Assembly: GCA_010909165.1 (NCBI GenBank)
Contig: VJWM01000063.1
Coordinates: forward strand, 620,001-684,000
DNA length: 64,000 nt
Direction of reading: 5' to 3'
Source: Anthoceros angustus
Taxonomy: Eukaryota; Plantae; Anthocerotophyta
Below are positions 39,544 to 53,737 of the stretch, one piece after another. A model generated the notes under the pieces. That model did not search any database and was not told the origin of the DNA. It worked only from the letters and a program-made list of their open reading frames with translations. The number at the start of each line of letters is the position of its first letter. Within the stretch, counting starts at the first letter, position 1. A program made the translations under genes and the position numbers.

Positions 39544-41899
39544 GGCTCTAATAAATCATCTTCTCTTGGTGTTGATGCGTTTCTTGCGGACCTTGTGTGT
39601 CTTCATGCTAACGTGAGTCACGAGTCAGCGAGCACGGCAGCTCGGGAGGCGATCAAGGTCACAGTGGCGGACCCTAGCGTGTGGTGGTGTGCGGGAAGAG
39701 CGGCGGGACCGTGTTCGTCAGGCGGCGGCCGTGTCGGGTGGGCCGGGCGTGTGAGCCGGAGGAACTCGGGAGGCGTCTGAGCCGGAGAGGCCCGGAGCAA
39801 CGGAGGAGGTCGGTTGTGTAGCCACTTGCGTTCTTTTCCAAGGTTGATGGCGTAGTGAGAGTGATGAGAGGAGGACTAAAAAGGCAGTGGCGTGCGTGAG
39901 CGATCTGACGCCAAGCGGGTCCTTAAAGCGTTTGGCCACACGGGCTGTTCGGTGAGCGTTATGAGTAGTTAGGCGCCAAAGCAGCGATTGCGTGTGTTAA
40001 AGTTGAGCGGTCGCAGTAAGGTGAGAATCGATTGGCAAAGCAACGGAGCTTATCATTCTCTTGGAACCGGACTCCTTACTACATCGACCCGGATTGTGGC
40101 GCGCCGGGCCGGTCAGTAGTCGCGCCACAGATGGCTCACAGGCGGGGCTGTGGCCCGGGAGGCGGGGTGGTCGCGAGCTCAAGGAGAACTTCCTCCGGAC
40201 CTGTGGATCGGGGCCAGAGCCTAAAGGAGTTTGAACCGGACGGGAGGCGGGAAGAAGAGATGGCGCCTCGGGGTGTGGGAGATTCCCACTACGCAGCTGG
40301 CCCAACATGGACCATTGGAAGGTTAGAGCGGTGGCCTTGTGCAAGAGTTGAGATTGAGCTTCATGGAGAAGAAATGGTGTTACGTCGGTCCGCATTGGTG
40401 AGAGTGTGCACATTGGAAGGCCAAGTCGCAGGAGGGTGACATAAGGAGGCCGCAAATTGGGACCTAGAACTCTTCCCAAGTGTATGGGCGGGAGGTCGAA
40501 GACGGAGTCCGATTGACCCCAGGAGGAAGTAGACCTTAAAAGCAGTGACAAGAATCATGAAGCACAGGAGATGCGGCTAACAATGGATGGGTGACTCGCG
40601 TCTGTGCAACTCGTGGGCCAATTGATTTTGTGCTTCCCGACAAGAAGTGGATCACATAGCGGACCACTTCCAATCTTCCTACATGAAATAGTAAAGAAGG
40701 GCCGGATAGATTAGGCGGGATAATTTTTGAGAGGGCGTGTGAAGGGGGCTTGATACGTTTGAAAGGGTTTCTCACGAAACCCTTTTAGCCACCTGACTTG
40801 GCGGACCCTTTTGCACTTGAAAAAATCCGCTATAATCGGGCTTTTGATATTTCTCTGCGGACATGTTACCGCAACCTTTTGAATAATTGTTTTGATACAT
40901 GTTATTTGAGATTGTAGATTGCAAGTATGTGGCAAAAACCTAAAGTCCCATTCGTTCGGCTTTTTCAAGCTGGACACAAAATTGGCCATCGCGTGCACTT
41001 ACATCTAAGCAGTCCAACATCGGCAATCATTGCGGTGTTGGGACGATAAACATTTAAAGTTTTAGGGCTTGCTGTAATTACAGTGCGCAAACTTGTTTCT
41101 CTACTATTCATACTAGTCAATCCTATGACTATACTCTCGCTCGAGAATTTTCTGAGGTTTGTTCCTTAGACATTGGGACAATAATATCTTCTTTGGCCGA
41201 TGCTCTTGATCCACGTCTAGTGCGAGAATGAGAGTGGCATGGTACACTTAGAGTCGGGCCCACCAAGCGTCTCAAGATTCAAAAGATGCAAAGGTTCACT
41301 ACTAGTTCAAAGTTTTAACCACTAGAAAAAGATGAGGGTTAAGTAAAGATAAGAACATATCCACATTAGGGAGCTGCACAAAAAGGTTGAAAACATCGAA
41401 GGAACCCTTTAAAACAACAAAATATCAAAAAATACAATGAAAAATTGTCAAAATTTTAGAGCAGGCTTGGCCTTGCTCTAAAAACAATTTTAGAGCACAT
41501 CGGGAGTTCCGCACATCCTCAAAAGCCAAAGGACATGCTTCCCCATTAGGATCATTTTCGCGTTCTTTTTGCATGCATGCACAAGTTTGCACATAAGCGT
41601 TGTTTAATGACTTATGCGCGCCTAAACTGGTATACAAAAACATACAAAACCACCACACGAAACTACGGACATGGAAATTATGGAACAATGAGGTCAACTT
41701 CATCACACCGACTAAATCGCCATGAACTGGAGTATAAGACGCAGCCGGTGTTGACTCTGACGAGTGGTGGGCGAATGCGAACCGATGGATGAACACCTCG
41801 AAACCAACAAAAACCAAACCAACCCGGTTCCAAATAGGGTTGGGATTTTTTCCAAAACCCTTTTGTGAGAAACCCCTTTCTAAGCAGGTATTTGTTATT

Positions 41900-44800
41900 T
41901 GCTCTCCTCGCTCGCTCCTCTCTAATCTCGCCTTCGATTCATGTATTGCGTATTCCAAGTGCCACCGAAGTTGGATCGTGTATACGCCCTCCATAGTTGG
42001 AAGCCGGTGGGGAGCTCAAGGTAGAAGAAGAGTCCAAGGAAGATTGGAAAGGACTCCGAGTTGGGAATTTGCGGCACGAAGATTCGGATGAAGGAGGCGT
42101 TGCAAGGAGCAAGAGGAAGGCGGTGCGGGCGATGAGGGTGACAAAAGGAGGCAGCATAACCACACCGGATCACGGTGGTCGGAACGCAGGGAGAAGGAGG
42201 AAGGCAAGCGGGTTATCCTCTCGGTGTGGAGGGCAGTCACTTGGTGAGTTTTTATGAATGAGGAGGCGTTGCACGCACAGAAGGAAGAGTTAACTCGTGA
42301 CGGGGTTCTCACCGGAAGGACACTTTTGAGGGATACTCCTTTGGCTGTCCGGTGGGGTGGAGGCAAGTGACACACCAGTACGGGCACGAGTGGAAGGGGA
42401 TGGCCCGGAGCAGCCTAATTTGGCGACTGCAGGGTCGAACTCCGAATGACTCAAACCCGTTGGATCTTCTCGACTGTCATGGCTCTCACAGCTTAGTATG
42501 CAAGTGCAGAGAAGTTGCTCAAGGAAAAGTTGGAGGTGGAGCTAGAAAAAGCAATGGGACCCTTGAGGCGGAGTGTGAAAAGTCACTAAGCAAGACAGAG
42601 GAACTAGGATTATGTCCACTAGGCCACAGTGACCCACGTAAAGGGGCGCAGCCTCATTGAGCTCAGATGAAATTGAGTCCGGGAGCAGTGGACGCCACCG
42701 GAGAAGTTCAAGAAGCTAGGAGAGGTATAAATGGGAGAGATGAGGCTAGGGCCATGGTCAAGAGAGATGGGCAAGCAAGAAGGGCAGCATCAACCACGCG
42801 GTGGTCGAGAAACGTACCAGCGTTAGCAGACCACCACGGTGGCTAAAAGCAGCCACCGTCATGAAGAAAAAGACTCAAGGTGGGGAAGCCACACCATGTG
42901 AGGCCATTGTAGAGGGGACGCAGCCTCCCCGGATTCCTGTGGAGGCAACCATGGCCCAGACGGTTGTCCACTCTCATGAGGGAGGGTACACTTTTTAGCG
43001 AGGCTGCATTGCGGCATGGCCGCGGGGCGCCCTGGATGAGGATGCTCATGTCCCGACCACATGGTGAGCTAGTGCTCATTCTAAATGTATGTATGCGGTT
43101 GGGACAAGAAGGCGTAAGAACCACCGGGTCGCAGACATCTCATCCGCCCACTTAGCTTGCCCTACTCTTTGAACGGAAGTTGTATTCTGCTCCGTTCAAG
43201 GAACTCCTTCGGAACGTTGAAGGCATACCTCCGGCATAAGTTGTGCTCGGTGAGATGAGCAAGGCGAGGCCAGAAAGCGTGGAGGAGGAAATCGATCACC
43301 ATGTGGTTGTCCATTCAAAGGATGAGGAGCGAGCGACATGCGCCAAGGCGATGATCGGGCACCTCCGGAAGGAGTGAAGGGACCTCGATAGCGGAAGTGA
43401 GGTGGAGGGTAGTAAGGGAGAATCTTCTGGACGAGGCGTGAGTGCAGGAGCGAGGGAACACCCATGGGCGCGGCTGGGCGACAACAATAGGCGGGCCACG
43501 GTGATTTTAGAGGGAGCGGCATCATAGGTCGGGCTTTCACTCGGATTAGGGATAAGGTGCTAGGAAAGCCTGTCTGTGAAAGTTACCCGAATTTGGTAGT
43601 GGCCAGGCTTGTAGGTCACCATTTTTTAGACAATGGGGAAGAGTGAGTTATGGCGTTATGGCCGGATGGGTACAAGTAGACCCTTTGCGCCTCTTGTTAG
43701 AACAATTTCGGTGTGAGCTCCCGCAGGTCGAACCGATCTGCTTGGATTGATTGGGCGTCCGATTAATAACAGATTGATTGGTGCTTGCCCTTCTCTCACA
43801 AGGGCCCGAGGGAGATCCACGGATGGTCGAGAGTCGGTATTGGCTTCTCGGGCGACTAACGGGAGGCGCTCTCGATGCCGGAAGGAAGATTTCCGCGGGA
43901 CCGGGTGAGATCGCGCATAAACTCGGTGCCTGACCAGCCTGTTTTTTCTTTCCTTCCCAACCAACATCAACCAAATTGTGTCTAATTCCCAAAGGTGAGG
44001 TCCGGGTGGCTCAAGGGGGTCTGTGGTGGCAGGTGAGGTCCTGTGTGGCTGATTGAGGTCTGTGGTCCGAGGAGGAAGGAGGAAACCAACCGATCCGAGC
44101 CATGGAAGGGAGCGTTGTGACGAGACGGACTCCTAACAGAGGGTGGTCCGGACTTGAGGACCGGACCACAAGTCCGGACCTCGAGGTCCGAACCCCGAGA
44201 TGAGACCGGACTTGGAAGACCGGACTGAAATAAATCCCAACCAGTTCGACCACAGGTGAGACCTGACCCCGGTCCTGACTCGGGAGGTGAGGGGACCCTC
44301 CGACTCACGCAAGGGGAGCAGTGGTCGGGCCCTCACGAGGGGACCCACCGCTGTGCGGAGGAAGATGTGGTGGTTACATGATGCGTCGCCGGGCCGCCGC
44401 GAGCCTAACCGGCTGTGGTCTCGAAGGGAAGGGGTCTCGCCGGATCATCCGATTAGAGTAGCACTTGTGTGGCAAGGAGTGGGTCATGGCCAAGACAAGG
44501 GGCATCCCAGGGGCCCCGCCCACCGGAGATAGGGGAGGGGCGATGGATGGTAGGCGGCCCGATTAGGCACTGCCCAGGCGGCCATCACCGTATTAGGGTG
44601 TAATAAAGACGCCGACCTTGATAGTATAAGAGGGCCGAGGCTCAGTAAAGCATCTTCTCTTGGTGTTGATGCCGCTTTTCTTACGGGCCCCCGTGCTTTC
44701 TTGCTAACGTGAGTCCCGAAGTCTGAAAGCGAGCCGGCTGCCCGGGAGAGATCGATCAAGGTCTGACGGACCCCTAACGTGTGGTGGTGTGTGCGAGGAA

Positions 44801-45264
44801 GGGCCGGGACCCTTGCTCGTCCCAAGCAGCGACCCAGCGTCGGACGGACCGGAACGTGTGAGCCAGAGGAACTCCGGAGGGCGTGTAGAGCCCGGACGGA
44901 GAGGCCTGGCGGAGCGGCGGAGGAGGTCCGGACCACGCAGCCACCCGTGATTCTCCCCAAGGATAATGAGTGAAGTGTGAATGATGAGAGGAACGGACTA
45001 GAGGGACGAGGACAAACGAATGACACGAGGGCCAGCGAACAGGTCTCTTAAACGCGTTCGGCCTTGGCCCTTTGTCAGAATGAATGCTACGGGTAGTTAG
45101 TCGTAAGCGCCCGGATATTGTGTGTAGAGTTCTAAGATGGGTACTACGTGAGGTGAGAAAACGCTAACGCCGCCAATCTGAGCCTATCATTCTCTTGGAA
45201 CGGACCTCCTTACTACACGACACGGGATTGTCAGGCGGTGGCCGGGTCACGAAATCGCGCCACA
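41900..45264 (+). mobile_element. Sister-subfamily LTR-related element, copy B
   Basis: Homologous to 20400-23929; ends cgcgccaca at 45264. Confidence 0.7.
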
Positions 45265-45423
45265 CCAAAGATTCGATTACAGGTGAGTAGGGGACTGATT
45301 CGATGTTGGTGAGCTTCATCGTCCGAAGGGTTCCTGAGATGTGAGTCTATTCGCCAACCTAATTTTAATTTGATAAGGTGGCAAATTCGATGGCTGGAAC
45401 TAATCCGATGTCTTTGAGCGAGG

Positions 45424-46350
45424 CTAGCCTCGTGTTGTGTTGATTGGGTAGGCGGATAAGTCAGAATCCACTAAGCCTAGGGCTTCCTTATGAAAGTTGT
45501 GCTTCTGTGTGGACAAGCTCTTCGTGAGCAAGTCAGCAGTGTTGAGCTCTGTGGGCACATGTTCAATGATGACCACCTTCCGTTCAACAGAGTGTCGAAC
45601 AAAATGATGGTGGATCTCGATATGCTTCGTGCGAGCGTGAAAGTGTGGATTCCCCACAAGTACGATTGTGGACATGTTGTCACAGTACAAGGTGGTTGGA
45701 AGCCACTGTGTGAAATTCAAGCCAGCAAGAGATACTTCTGCGTTGGTCTGGATCAGTGGCCCAATCAGCATCCGCATAGCCGAACAAGGTAACATCCTTA
45801 TCCATGCCTCTGTAGCATAGTCCATGTGTGGAAGTTCCTTTCAAGTAACGCAATATTCTTTCATCACGATCCAAGGCTCCTTACTGGATTTTCCAGTGGA
45901 ACACTGACTAACGGCATGTTGGATGTCAGCCTTGTCCGACGGTGATATAGTTCAAACAGCATGCATGGCGATAGGGAACACAGCTCATGAGTTCGATCTG
46001 CGTCATCCCGTGGACTCGCGGGCGTGAGTTTCACTCCTACGACTAGGAGTACTAATGTGTTTAGCTTCTGCGAGTTGAAACAACGGGTCTCGTTGATGTA
46101 TTTGTCGTGAAGGATTAGGGTGTGGTTAGCTCTCTGTCTCTTAGAAGTCGCACTCAAGGGACAAAGGTAAGTTGTCCGATATCCTTCATGTCATCATGTA
46201 GTACAACATCCCTTTAACCCAATCTGATCTCATTGTTTTGATGCGAGGATGGCATCATCCACGTACAAGGCTAATATAACTAGATAGCCTCCTTTTGTAT
46301 AGATGTAGATGTTTGCATCAGCAGGATTCTAGACAAAGCCGATGGACTTA
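45424..46350 (-). pseudogene. Ty1/copia RT-RNase H relic, copy B
   Basis: RILRYLKGT..GYADADWA.DPDQRRSIS; LYCDNMSTI..NPHFHARTKHIEIHHHFVR..VPTELNTADLLTKSL; LYVDD near 46255-46270. Confidence 0.92.
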
Positions 46351-49300
46351 AGGTATTTGTCTATACACAAACCGAGGGATACAAACTTCAAAATGGCAGT
46401 TCCAAGCCAATAAACATGCATACTGAGGTACACAATCCGCAACATCTCAATCCTACGCCAAGTATGATGGGGACTCCAGGCTTCAACATGTCAGTCCCAA
46501 GTCTACCAACATGAAAGCCGAGGGATGCAAGACTTATCAAGACGTCAGTTCCAAACCAAGTACCATGGAAATGGAAGGACGTCAACTAACGTGAGTTGTA
46601 TGCAAAATGGAAAGTAGGGGACTCAGGGTCTGCAGTGCATTTGAGCTGTGTGTGAAAAGTCATACTCGGCTTGGAAAGAAAGAGCCATCTGCCATCTGCA
46701 TTTCGGAAGGCATTTCTAACCTGGTTAAGTAGGAGGGCCTCAGACAGAGAGAAGGAGGTGGTCAACGTTTTTATAGATACAATGTCTGACCAACCGGAAC
46801 AGTTAGCTGAACAATTGATTAACACCTTTGAAGAACTAATGACTCAGAAGAGGCCAAGATTTGACTCTATTGGAAGTGGGCCTGACAGTGGTCGTTGAGA
46901 TCAGGGATCCGAGGGATGGCTGCCCATTCACCTCTGAAAAGGTGAGACCTGCACTCATCTGCCTTCAGTTCTTCCAGAACAGATTCTCTACTTCGGATCC
47001 CGAGCTCTAAATTTTGTTCATTCCCTTTGAAAGGTGCTTGCTGAATGGCTGTTGTAGAATACACATTCTGATCCCTTGTATATCAATGCTGTACGAGTTC
47101 TGGACCATTGTGCTTTGGGCAGCTTTTTTCCCCTGGGTACATTGGTAGACTTTTGTATAGAGTTGAACCAAAGATTTCAGTAGTGATCTGTTACTTTTAC
47201 AGGATTGATACCGATTCCGCTTGGTGGATGGCTGATAAAAGGAGAGCTGAATTTTAGGAATCTTGACACGATTGTATTAAATACGATGTAGCTTAATAAT
47301 AAGAGATAATTACCTACATAAAATCCTTAGTGTCATCCCTCCTACTCGTATGTATGTATCCTCCGTCTATCTAATTGAAGGTGAAAAGAAAAGAAGATCG
47401 AAAGTGGCATTTGGTGTTACCGGCGAGGGGTTGAAAATGCTTGGTGCATGGCTACAGGTGTGGACCTCGGCTTGAAAATGCTTGATGCATGGCTACATGT
47501 GTGGAATCGGAGTACATGGCACGGTATGATATAAGTGTCTTGGGCATGGCACATGTTTAACAAGCATTGGCGGGATGTGAGAATTTGCTCAAGCTTTGTA
47601 AATTGCACCTTACACTTGTGTTGCATCTTGTGCCGTGCGAACGATTGTTGATCTATGAGCTTGTTATGTTCAGTCAATTGCATTTTGTGCTGCAGCTGGT
47701 GCTGATTGTATTGCAGTGTGCTGCATCTTGTGAGGTATCTAGGGCGTGACGTTATGATGTGAATATCTTGAGCGTGGCGTATCTTTAATAAGCGTGTATG
47801 GAGCATGAATAATCTGGTAAACGGTGGAATTTCTTTGTAGTATATAGCATGGTAGTATTATTTGTCCTATGTGTGTGATTTGCTATAATAGAGATTCTTA
47901 TTACGAAAGGAGTGACCATACAAGTGGGAAAGAGAAGAATGAAGTGAGAAGGGACATGAGGTCTTGATTGTTATGCTTGGATAGGCGGATGAAGCGCACT
48001 TGCACTAACGGTGTTTGGCAAATGCGAAGAATAGATGTAGCTTCAAACACTGGATGTCTTACATGATACATCACATTAGTCAAGATGAAAATAATATGCG
48101 GCGATTGGAAGAAAATGGGTGATAGTGGCCAAGAGCATAGCGAGAAAGGTAGAGATGATTAGTGGATGGAGTGTAGAGAGGGCATTAGATGTTGGAAGAG
48201 TTGCATGATATAAACATTTAACACCATAAATTTTGAAGGGGTAAATACACAAATCCCTTTCCTATCATTTGGACCCTCTTCCATGAAACGCATAATACCT
48301 AAAACACCAATTCTTTTTTCCAGGTGATATGACCATTGTCATAGAGACCTCGACATACAATTAACTTTTTTTTGAAGACTTGATTGCAGGCCCACAAAAT
48401 ACCCGGCCTACCAGTACGGACATGGAGCACAGGAGATAGAGTTAATGGTTAGCTTAGTAGATATGAACATAGGGTGACAATACTAGGATATAAAAGCCAG
48501 CATTGTGTGTTATACCGACAATCTCACCAAAACCAAGAAAAATATAAACATCAAAACTGGAACATCCAAGTGTCTCCACCTGGATAGCTGCCTCATGGGG
48601 ACTAATTTGGGACTCGCTTGGGTGGCTTTGAGCGACACATAATCTAAAACGACTTCTAAGTTGCGCATATATGCCACACTTGGTCACAAATTATTCCCAT
48701 AGCCATCTTCATTCTCTTCCTCTCCTGAATCATCAAAGGTTGGGGCCAAAGGATGCCACACAGCATCCAAAGTCTGCTGGCCCTCCTTGAGCAACTCACC
48801 AATTGTGGTCCTGATTCTCCTGGCACTCAAAGAAACAACAAGCTTGCGCCTTTAGACAGTCCTTCTCACTAATGAGACCTCCTTGGACTAGAACTGTGAA
48901 AGCCTCCTGCGGTGGAGCTCGAATGACAACTCTTCATCGACTTTCGGAAGAACCTTATACAAGATTTGTGGATGCGCTGCAGATGTATCTTGCATAGCTC
49001 AAGACAACCTCTATAGCAATGTAGTTCCGACCACCCAATAAGGTGGCCAATATCGTGGTTCCACTCATGGAGCAAGTGTATAACACCGGTCACCTTCCTT
49101 CAAGAAACTCTTGATAAGTTTCATCATAAGCCCAAGGGCCTCTGTGGGCATACCACCAATTTTTCAGATGACGAGTAAACGTGCTTCTTGACCAAATGTG
49201 ATCCGATGGCAATACTAGGATTATGGTGTCATAATCCTAGACTAAGCACTCTACTAAAGTACTTCAAGAATATCTCATTTGGTGTTAGATCACCTGACTA

Positions 49301-50523
49301 TGACTTTCGATTCAAACATGCTCCACTAGGCAACCCAATTCATATTCTTCATTAATTTTCATGGATTTGTCTTGTCCATCTTTCGTTCTTGCACTTTCAT
49401 CTATCAAGGATAGATGAAAGTGTCTCTAAAGGATCATGAATGAAAAGGCATGTTGAGGACAAGATGGATGAAAATTGAGGATGAGTTAACACCGATCCAT
49501 GGTATGCGTTTGAATCAAAAGTCACAACTTTTTAATCTAATACTAAATCGAACGTGCGTGCATACTTATGATGCAAGAGTAAAAGCGATCACATATCACT
49601 CAAGCCCCTTGATCTTTTGGCATACCCCAGTGAAAAAGTAGTATTCATGAGTTTTGAGAGCTTGCTTCAAGATTATTTTGCACCAGTGACCACCTTGAGT
49701 GACACTTGGGTTCAAGTGAGTCCAAGAGTTGATCCCCTTCATGCCATTGTGGTTTTGTTTGCACCTTGACATTTGATCACGACTTAGAGATTGGCAAGGA
49801 AGGCATGGAGATGCATGGTTTGCACAATTGTTCCAAAATGCAATTGTGGATAGATTTGTTGAGAATGGGAGCTTGTCCGACAATGGTCTATTTTCTCGAG
49901 GCTCTTTAATGTTTTCTTCACGGTGAAATGTCATAAATAGGTATATATCTATTTATGTAGGTCTTATATAGAACTATATGTATAATTAAGAAAATAGACA
50001 TATATAAGTTCTAGAAAATTATCTATACCTATTTTCTTTAAAGTATGATGACCTCTTTTACTTTTTGATTTGCACTTAATATAGATATTACATGATTCCA
50101 ATCTTCATAGTTGTCATTGGGTAGATTTTATTCTATATATCTACCTATATAAGTAGACATGGTAAGTAGATACTAATCATATCATTTATAGTGAAATAAT
50201 CACGGTACTTACTAAGTTTGTTGTATGATATAAATAACCTCGTTTCATTATATTAATGTAAGTCTTCCGCCTTTTGCTATATGTCTAGACTATTTATACC
50301 TCCTGTGGTAGTATCATTAACTTGCATGCACGAGTTTTCTACATTGGACTTATTATTATACTTATCACTACAAGTAATTTTGCACGACTCACGGTATAAT
50401 AAATCCATAAGTCCTCCTATCTATCCTTTACTACATAAAGGCTCCTATCTATCTACACACGAGAACTTTCATACGATAAATCAGCACATCATACATACAG
50501 AAAAGGAACTCAACATGAGCAAA

Positions 50524-51731
50524 ATGTGTCGTCGAAAAGGATTTACCGAAAACTTTAACTTATCTTTTGGAAATATTACAGGCAATCGCGGTACCTTTTA
50601 ACTGAAATTAAAGGTCAAGGAGTTTATGGAGAAGTTTGTGCTGCAAAAGATTTAACAACCGTAAAAATGTGGCTATAAAAAAATTAAATTTCAATATCGA
50701 GTCACAAAGACAATGATTTTATTCTCGGAGATAACATTGCTCAAGTATTACACCATCCAAATATTATTAAATTAGAAGAAATAATTTTTCCACCAACAAA
50801 AAGGTAGATGAAGTTTATATAATAATGTAACTAATGGATCATGATTTATTTCAAGAGTTGCGAGATGTTGAAGAGTTTTCTATTGAAAAACAACGATCTT
50901 TATTACATCAAATACTTTGTTATTTGCATGCAGCAAATGTTGTCCATAGAGATTTGAAGCCATCAAACATAGTGCTAAGATCTCAAGGTTTACTTAAAAT
51001 ATGCGATTTTGGGTTGGCTCGGTTGATTCCAACAAGTAATTTCATCCATCAACAAACTTCATGTTATGATATTGTAATCGAATGCTACCGTGCTCCGTAG
51101 ATTTGTATGGATGGTATGAAATGTTACACTTCAAAGAATTGATATGTGGAGCATAGGATGTATCTTTGCGAAATATTACAACGAGGAATTTTATTTCAAG
51201 GAAATTTATCTCAAGGAAATAAAGACCAAATCAAGCTAATTCAAAGTTTTTGAAGCTGAAGAAGAGTCAAAAATAATGCGTCTAAAAGATTCTTTTGAAG
51301 TTCGGTTTCCAAAAACGATCCTACCGCCTTGTCACTACTTAAACAACTACTTGCCTTTCAACGAAGATAGAATAACCGCAAACATGCTCTACAACATCCT
51401 TTTTGAAGGTCTAGACAGTATCAAATTTTCATGTACATCAAGTCATGAATATGGAGTTTCCTTTTGAGAATATTCCTATCAAAGAACTAAGAGATTATTT
51501 TTCTCATAAGATATCGAAACATACTCCTCGCAAGGACGAGAAAAAGTCGGCCAAGAGAAAGATACACAATACCAAAAAGAAAAGATGTTGAATAAACCAA
51601 TAATCAATAATGATTTACAAAGCGAGTCGATTCGATTCAAATGATGAAGATTTTGAAAGGGATCCAACCTATAAGCCAAGCTCAAAAGTATATCAAAATT
51701 TCATATGGTTCTTCGTAAGAAAACAACTTGA
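50524..51731 (+). CDS. Intronless divergent MAP kinase, copy C; frameshifted in this assembly
   Basis: ORF 50834-51100 contains [17 protein letters not shown] and YRAP. The upstream ATG at 50281 is in frame with ATG 50524. Confidence 0.88.
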
Positions 51732-52014
51732 TCACTTGCCTTTTATGAGAGTATGATGAATGTTGGAATGATTGAGATGTCTCAAACTCTTGAAATAATC
51801 GTTGTAGTCGACGTTATAATGGTGGTGTAAATGATTGAGATGTCTCAAACTAATGAGCGTTCTAAATCACAATTTGCATTGTAATTGACATCTTAATGAG
51901 TGTTCTAAATCGTCTTAACTGAAATTGTAATATGATAACTCATTCTATAATTTATTAAATACGTCATAAAATCTATCGTAAATTTTTGTGTTTTTTTTCT
52001 CCTTGTGGTGTTTA

Positions 52015-52730
52015 AAGCCTCATTTCCTATTGATGAAATGGACCCACTCGATGGAAATGCTCCTTAAAGTCCTTGAGAGAGGAAACCAAATGTTGAGTAT
52101 TTTATAGATCAAAGCTAAACTTGAAATAAAATGATAATATTTTGATACTTGTGCCTTCACATACGAATGAACCTCAACAACCAAATTTTTGTCAATTGGC
52201 TTGACACGAATGGTTTCAATAGTGATACATGAAATGCATCGTGTAAAATCCATTCAAGTGGTTGTAGCTTGTAAGCCACTTCCCCAAGGCACCTCAAGAC
52301 TACAAAAGGACCTCCACATCTCGGTCTTGGCTTAAGAGATTATCCTTGTGGTAATATGAAATGTTTCAAATTCACCCATACCTTATCCCCAACATTGAAG
52401 ATAATTTCTCTCTTATACCTATCAAGATATTGCTTGACGTGCTTGAGCCTTGACTAAAATTCCTTTGGCAATCTCATACCTAGCCTTCAACTCCTCAATG
52501 AATTTAGTGGATTTCTAGTTGTAGTGTTGAAAACTTTAGCATTTAGCATGGATACCACATAATCCTCCCATCTCAATAAGGCTACAACTTAGAGAGCATG
52601 TGTAGCATTATTGTAACAAAATTGCATCATCTAAATGATAAGCCCAATCTCTCTTATCAATCACGTAATGTCTTTAAGTATTCTTCTTGGATTTGGTTGA
52701 CTTGCATTGTTGAGCCATATGTATTTGGAT
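52015..52730 (-). pseudogene. Chromovirus-type gypsy integrase relic, copy C
   Basis: Homologous to 17340-18040. Confidence 0.8.
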
Positions 52731-53737
52731 GATACGGCGTGCTCATACACAATTCTACGCTCAAACTTTTCATCAAGTGCTGCGAATTCTCCTGTGTGGG
52801 AGACCACATGTACACTAACCCTATTTGCACTTGTGGAGACGGAGGGCTCTTGACCAGCAAGAGCTTGAGGATGCTTGGCATCCTTTGAATAAAAATTGTC
52901 TATATATGGTGGGGGATCCTTCGTTCGGCAACAATGGTGTAGGGAGTGGGGGTGGCTAGTTCCTAGCAGTGGGCGAGCATGGAGCGTCTCACGGATCAGG
53001 CGGGGAGTTAACAACCCTAGTGGCGGGCCGATGAGTGGTGAGCAAATTCGGAGCGCATAGTGGAAGACCGCACAGGTCTGGAAGTTTCGCGAAATTTCAA
53101 GGCGGAACTTGGCGGAGTTGAGTGAAGGGCGTGTGCTGAGGTGGACGAGGGTTTTCTTTTTTTATGGCGCAAGTGTTTGCATCCGTGGGAAGGAGCATCG
53201 GTGGAGTCTTGTGATGCGCGATGACGGTGGGGAGAGAACCCCACGGTCGAGGCGATGTGGGTGTAGCTCTGAGGACTTCCCTTGGGGAGTTAGGAAATAA
53301 GTTGGGTTTTTTCGTAGGTCAGAGGGTCCGGGCGGAAAAGGAGGAATAAGCAGGACGGTGCTCGGGTGCTCCGTGGTATACTCCGGACTCAGTGGGTAAC
53401 GGACCCCATCACTCACGGCCAGAACTCTGATGCCGGGTATCGGATAAGTCCGACCCCACTCCGGAGTCAAAGCAGATAAAGCAGGATAAGTCAGTAATTT
53501 AGAAGTTGAGTCGTGAAGTCGATCGAGCGCGATGGGCACTGAATGGAGTCGGACTGCATGCAGGCAGGGGCAGTAGCCTTGCCGGGGCCGTTATAGCAGT
53601 ATTCTCGCCCGTTGTGCGACGGCGTAAAGGCGTCTGTGCGTGTAAGCTGAGGTAAGCGGGCGTAAGGCGGTAAGCCATGCGGCTACTGGCGGTTCAGACG
53701 GGGAAAGGGCACCCTCCAGCCGATTACTCCCCACGGC

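Larger units (their letters stand above)
32049..40129 (+). mobile_element. Solo LTR (~4.4 kb net) of a subfamily related to the full-length gypsy, interrupted by a CACTA; unit B
   Basis: Bounded by TGTGGG...GCCACA. Homologous in reverse complement to 84-4378 along its length. No internal gag/pol. Absent from unit A (empty site ~18565-18590). Confidence 0.88.
27579..48779. repeat. Tandem macro-repeat unit B (~21.2 kb, including an 8.1-kb nested insertion)
   Basis: Collinear with unit A apart from the 32049-40129 insertion. Confidence 0.9.

Noticed and set aside
32049-45264. One full-length LTR element formed by the solo LTR and the downstream sister LTR module
   Set aside because: No PBS after 40129 and no gag/pol between them. 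The intervening DNA is ordinary unit sequence that is also present in unit A.
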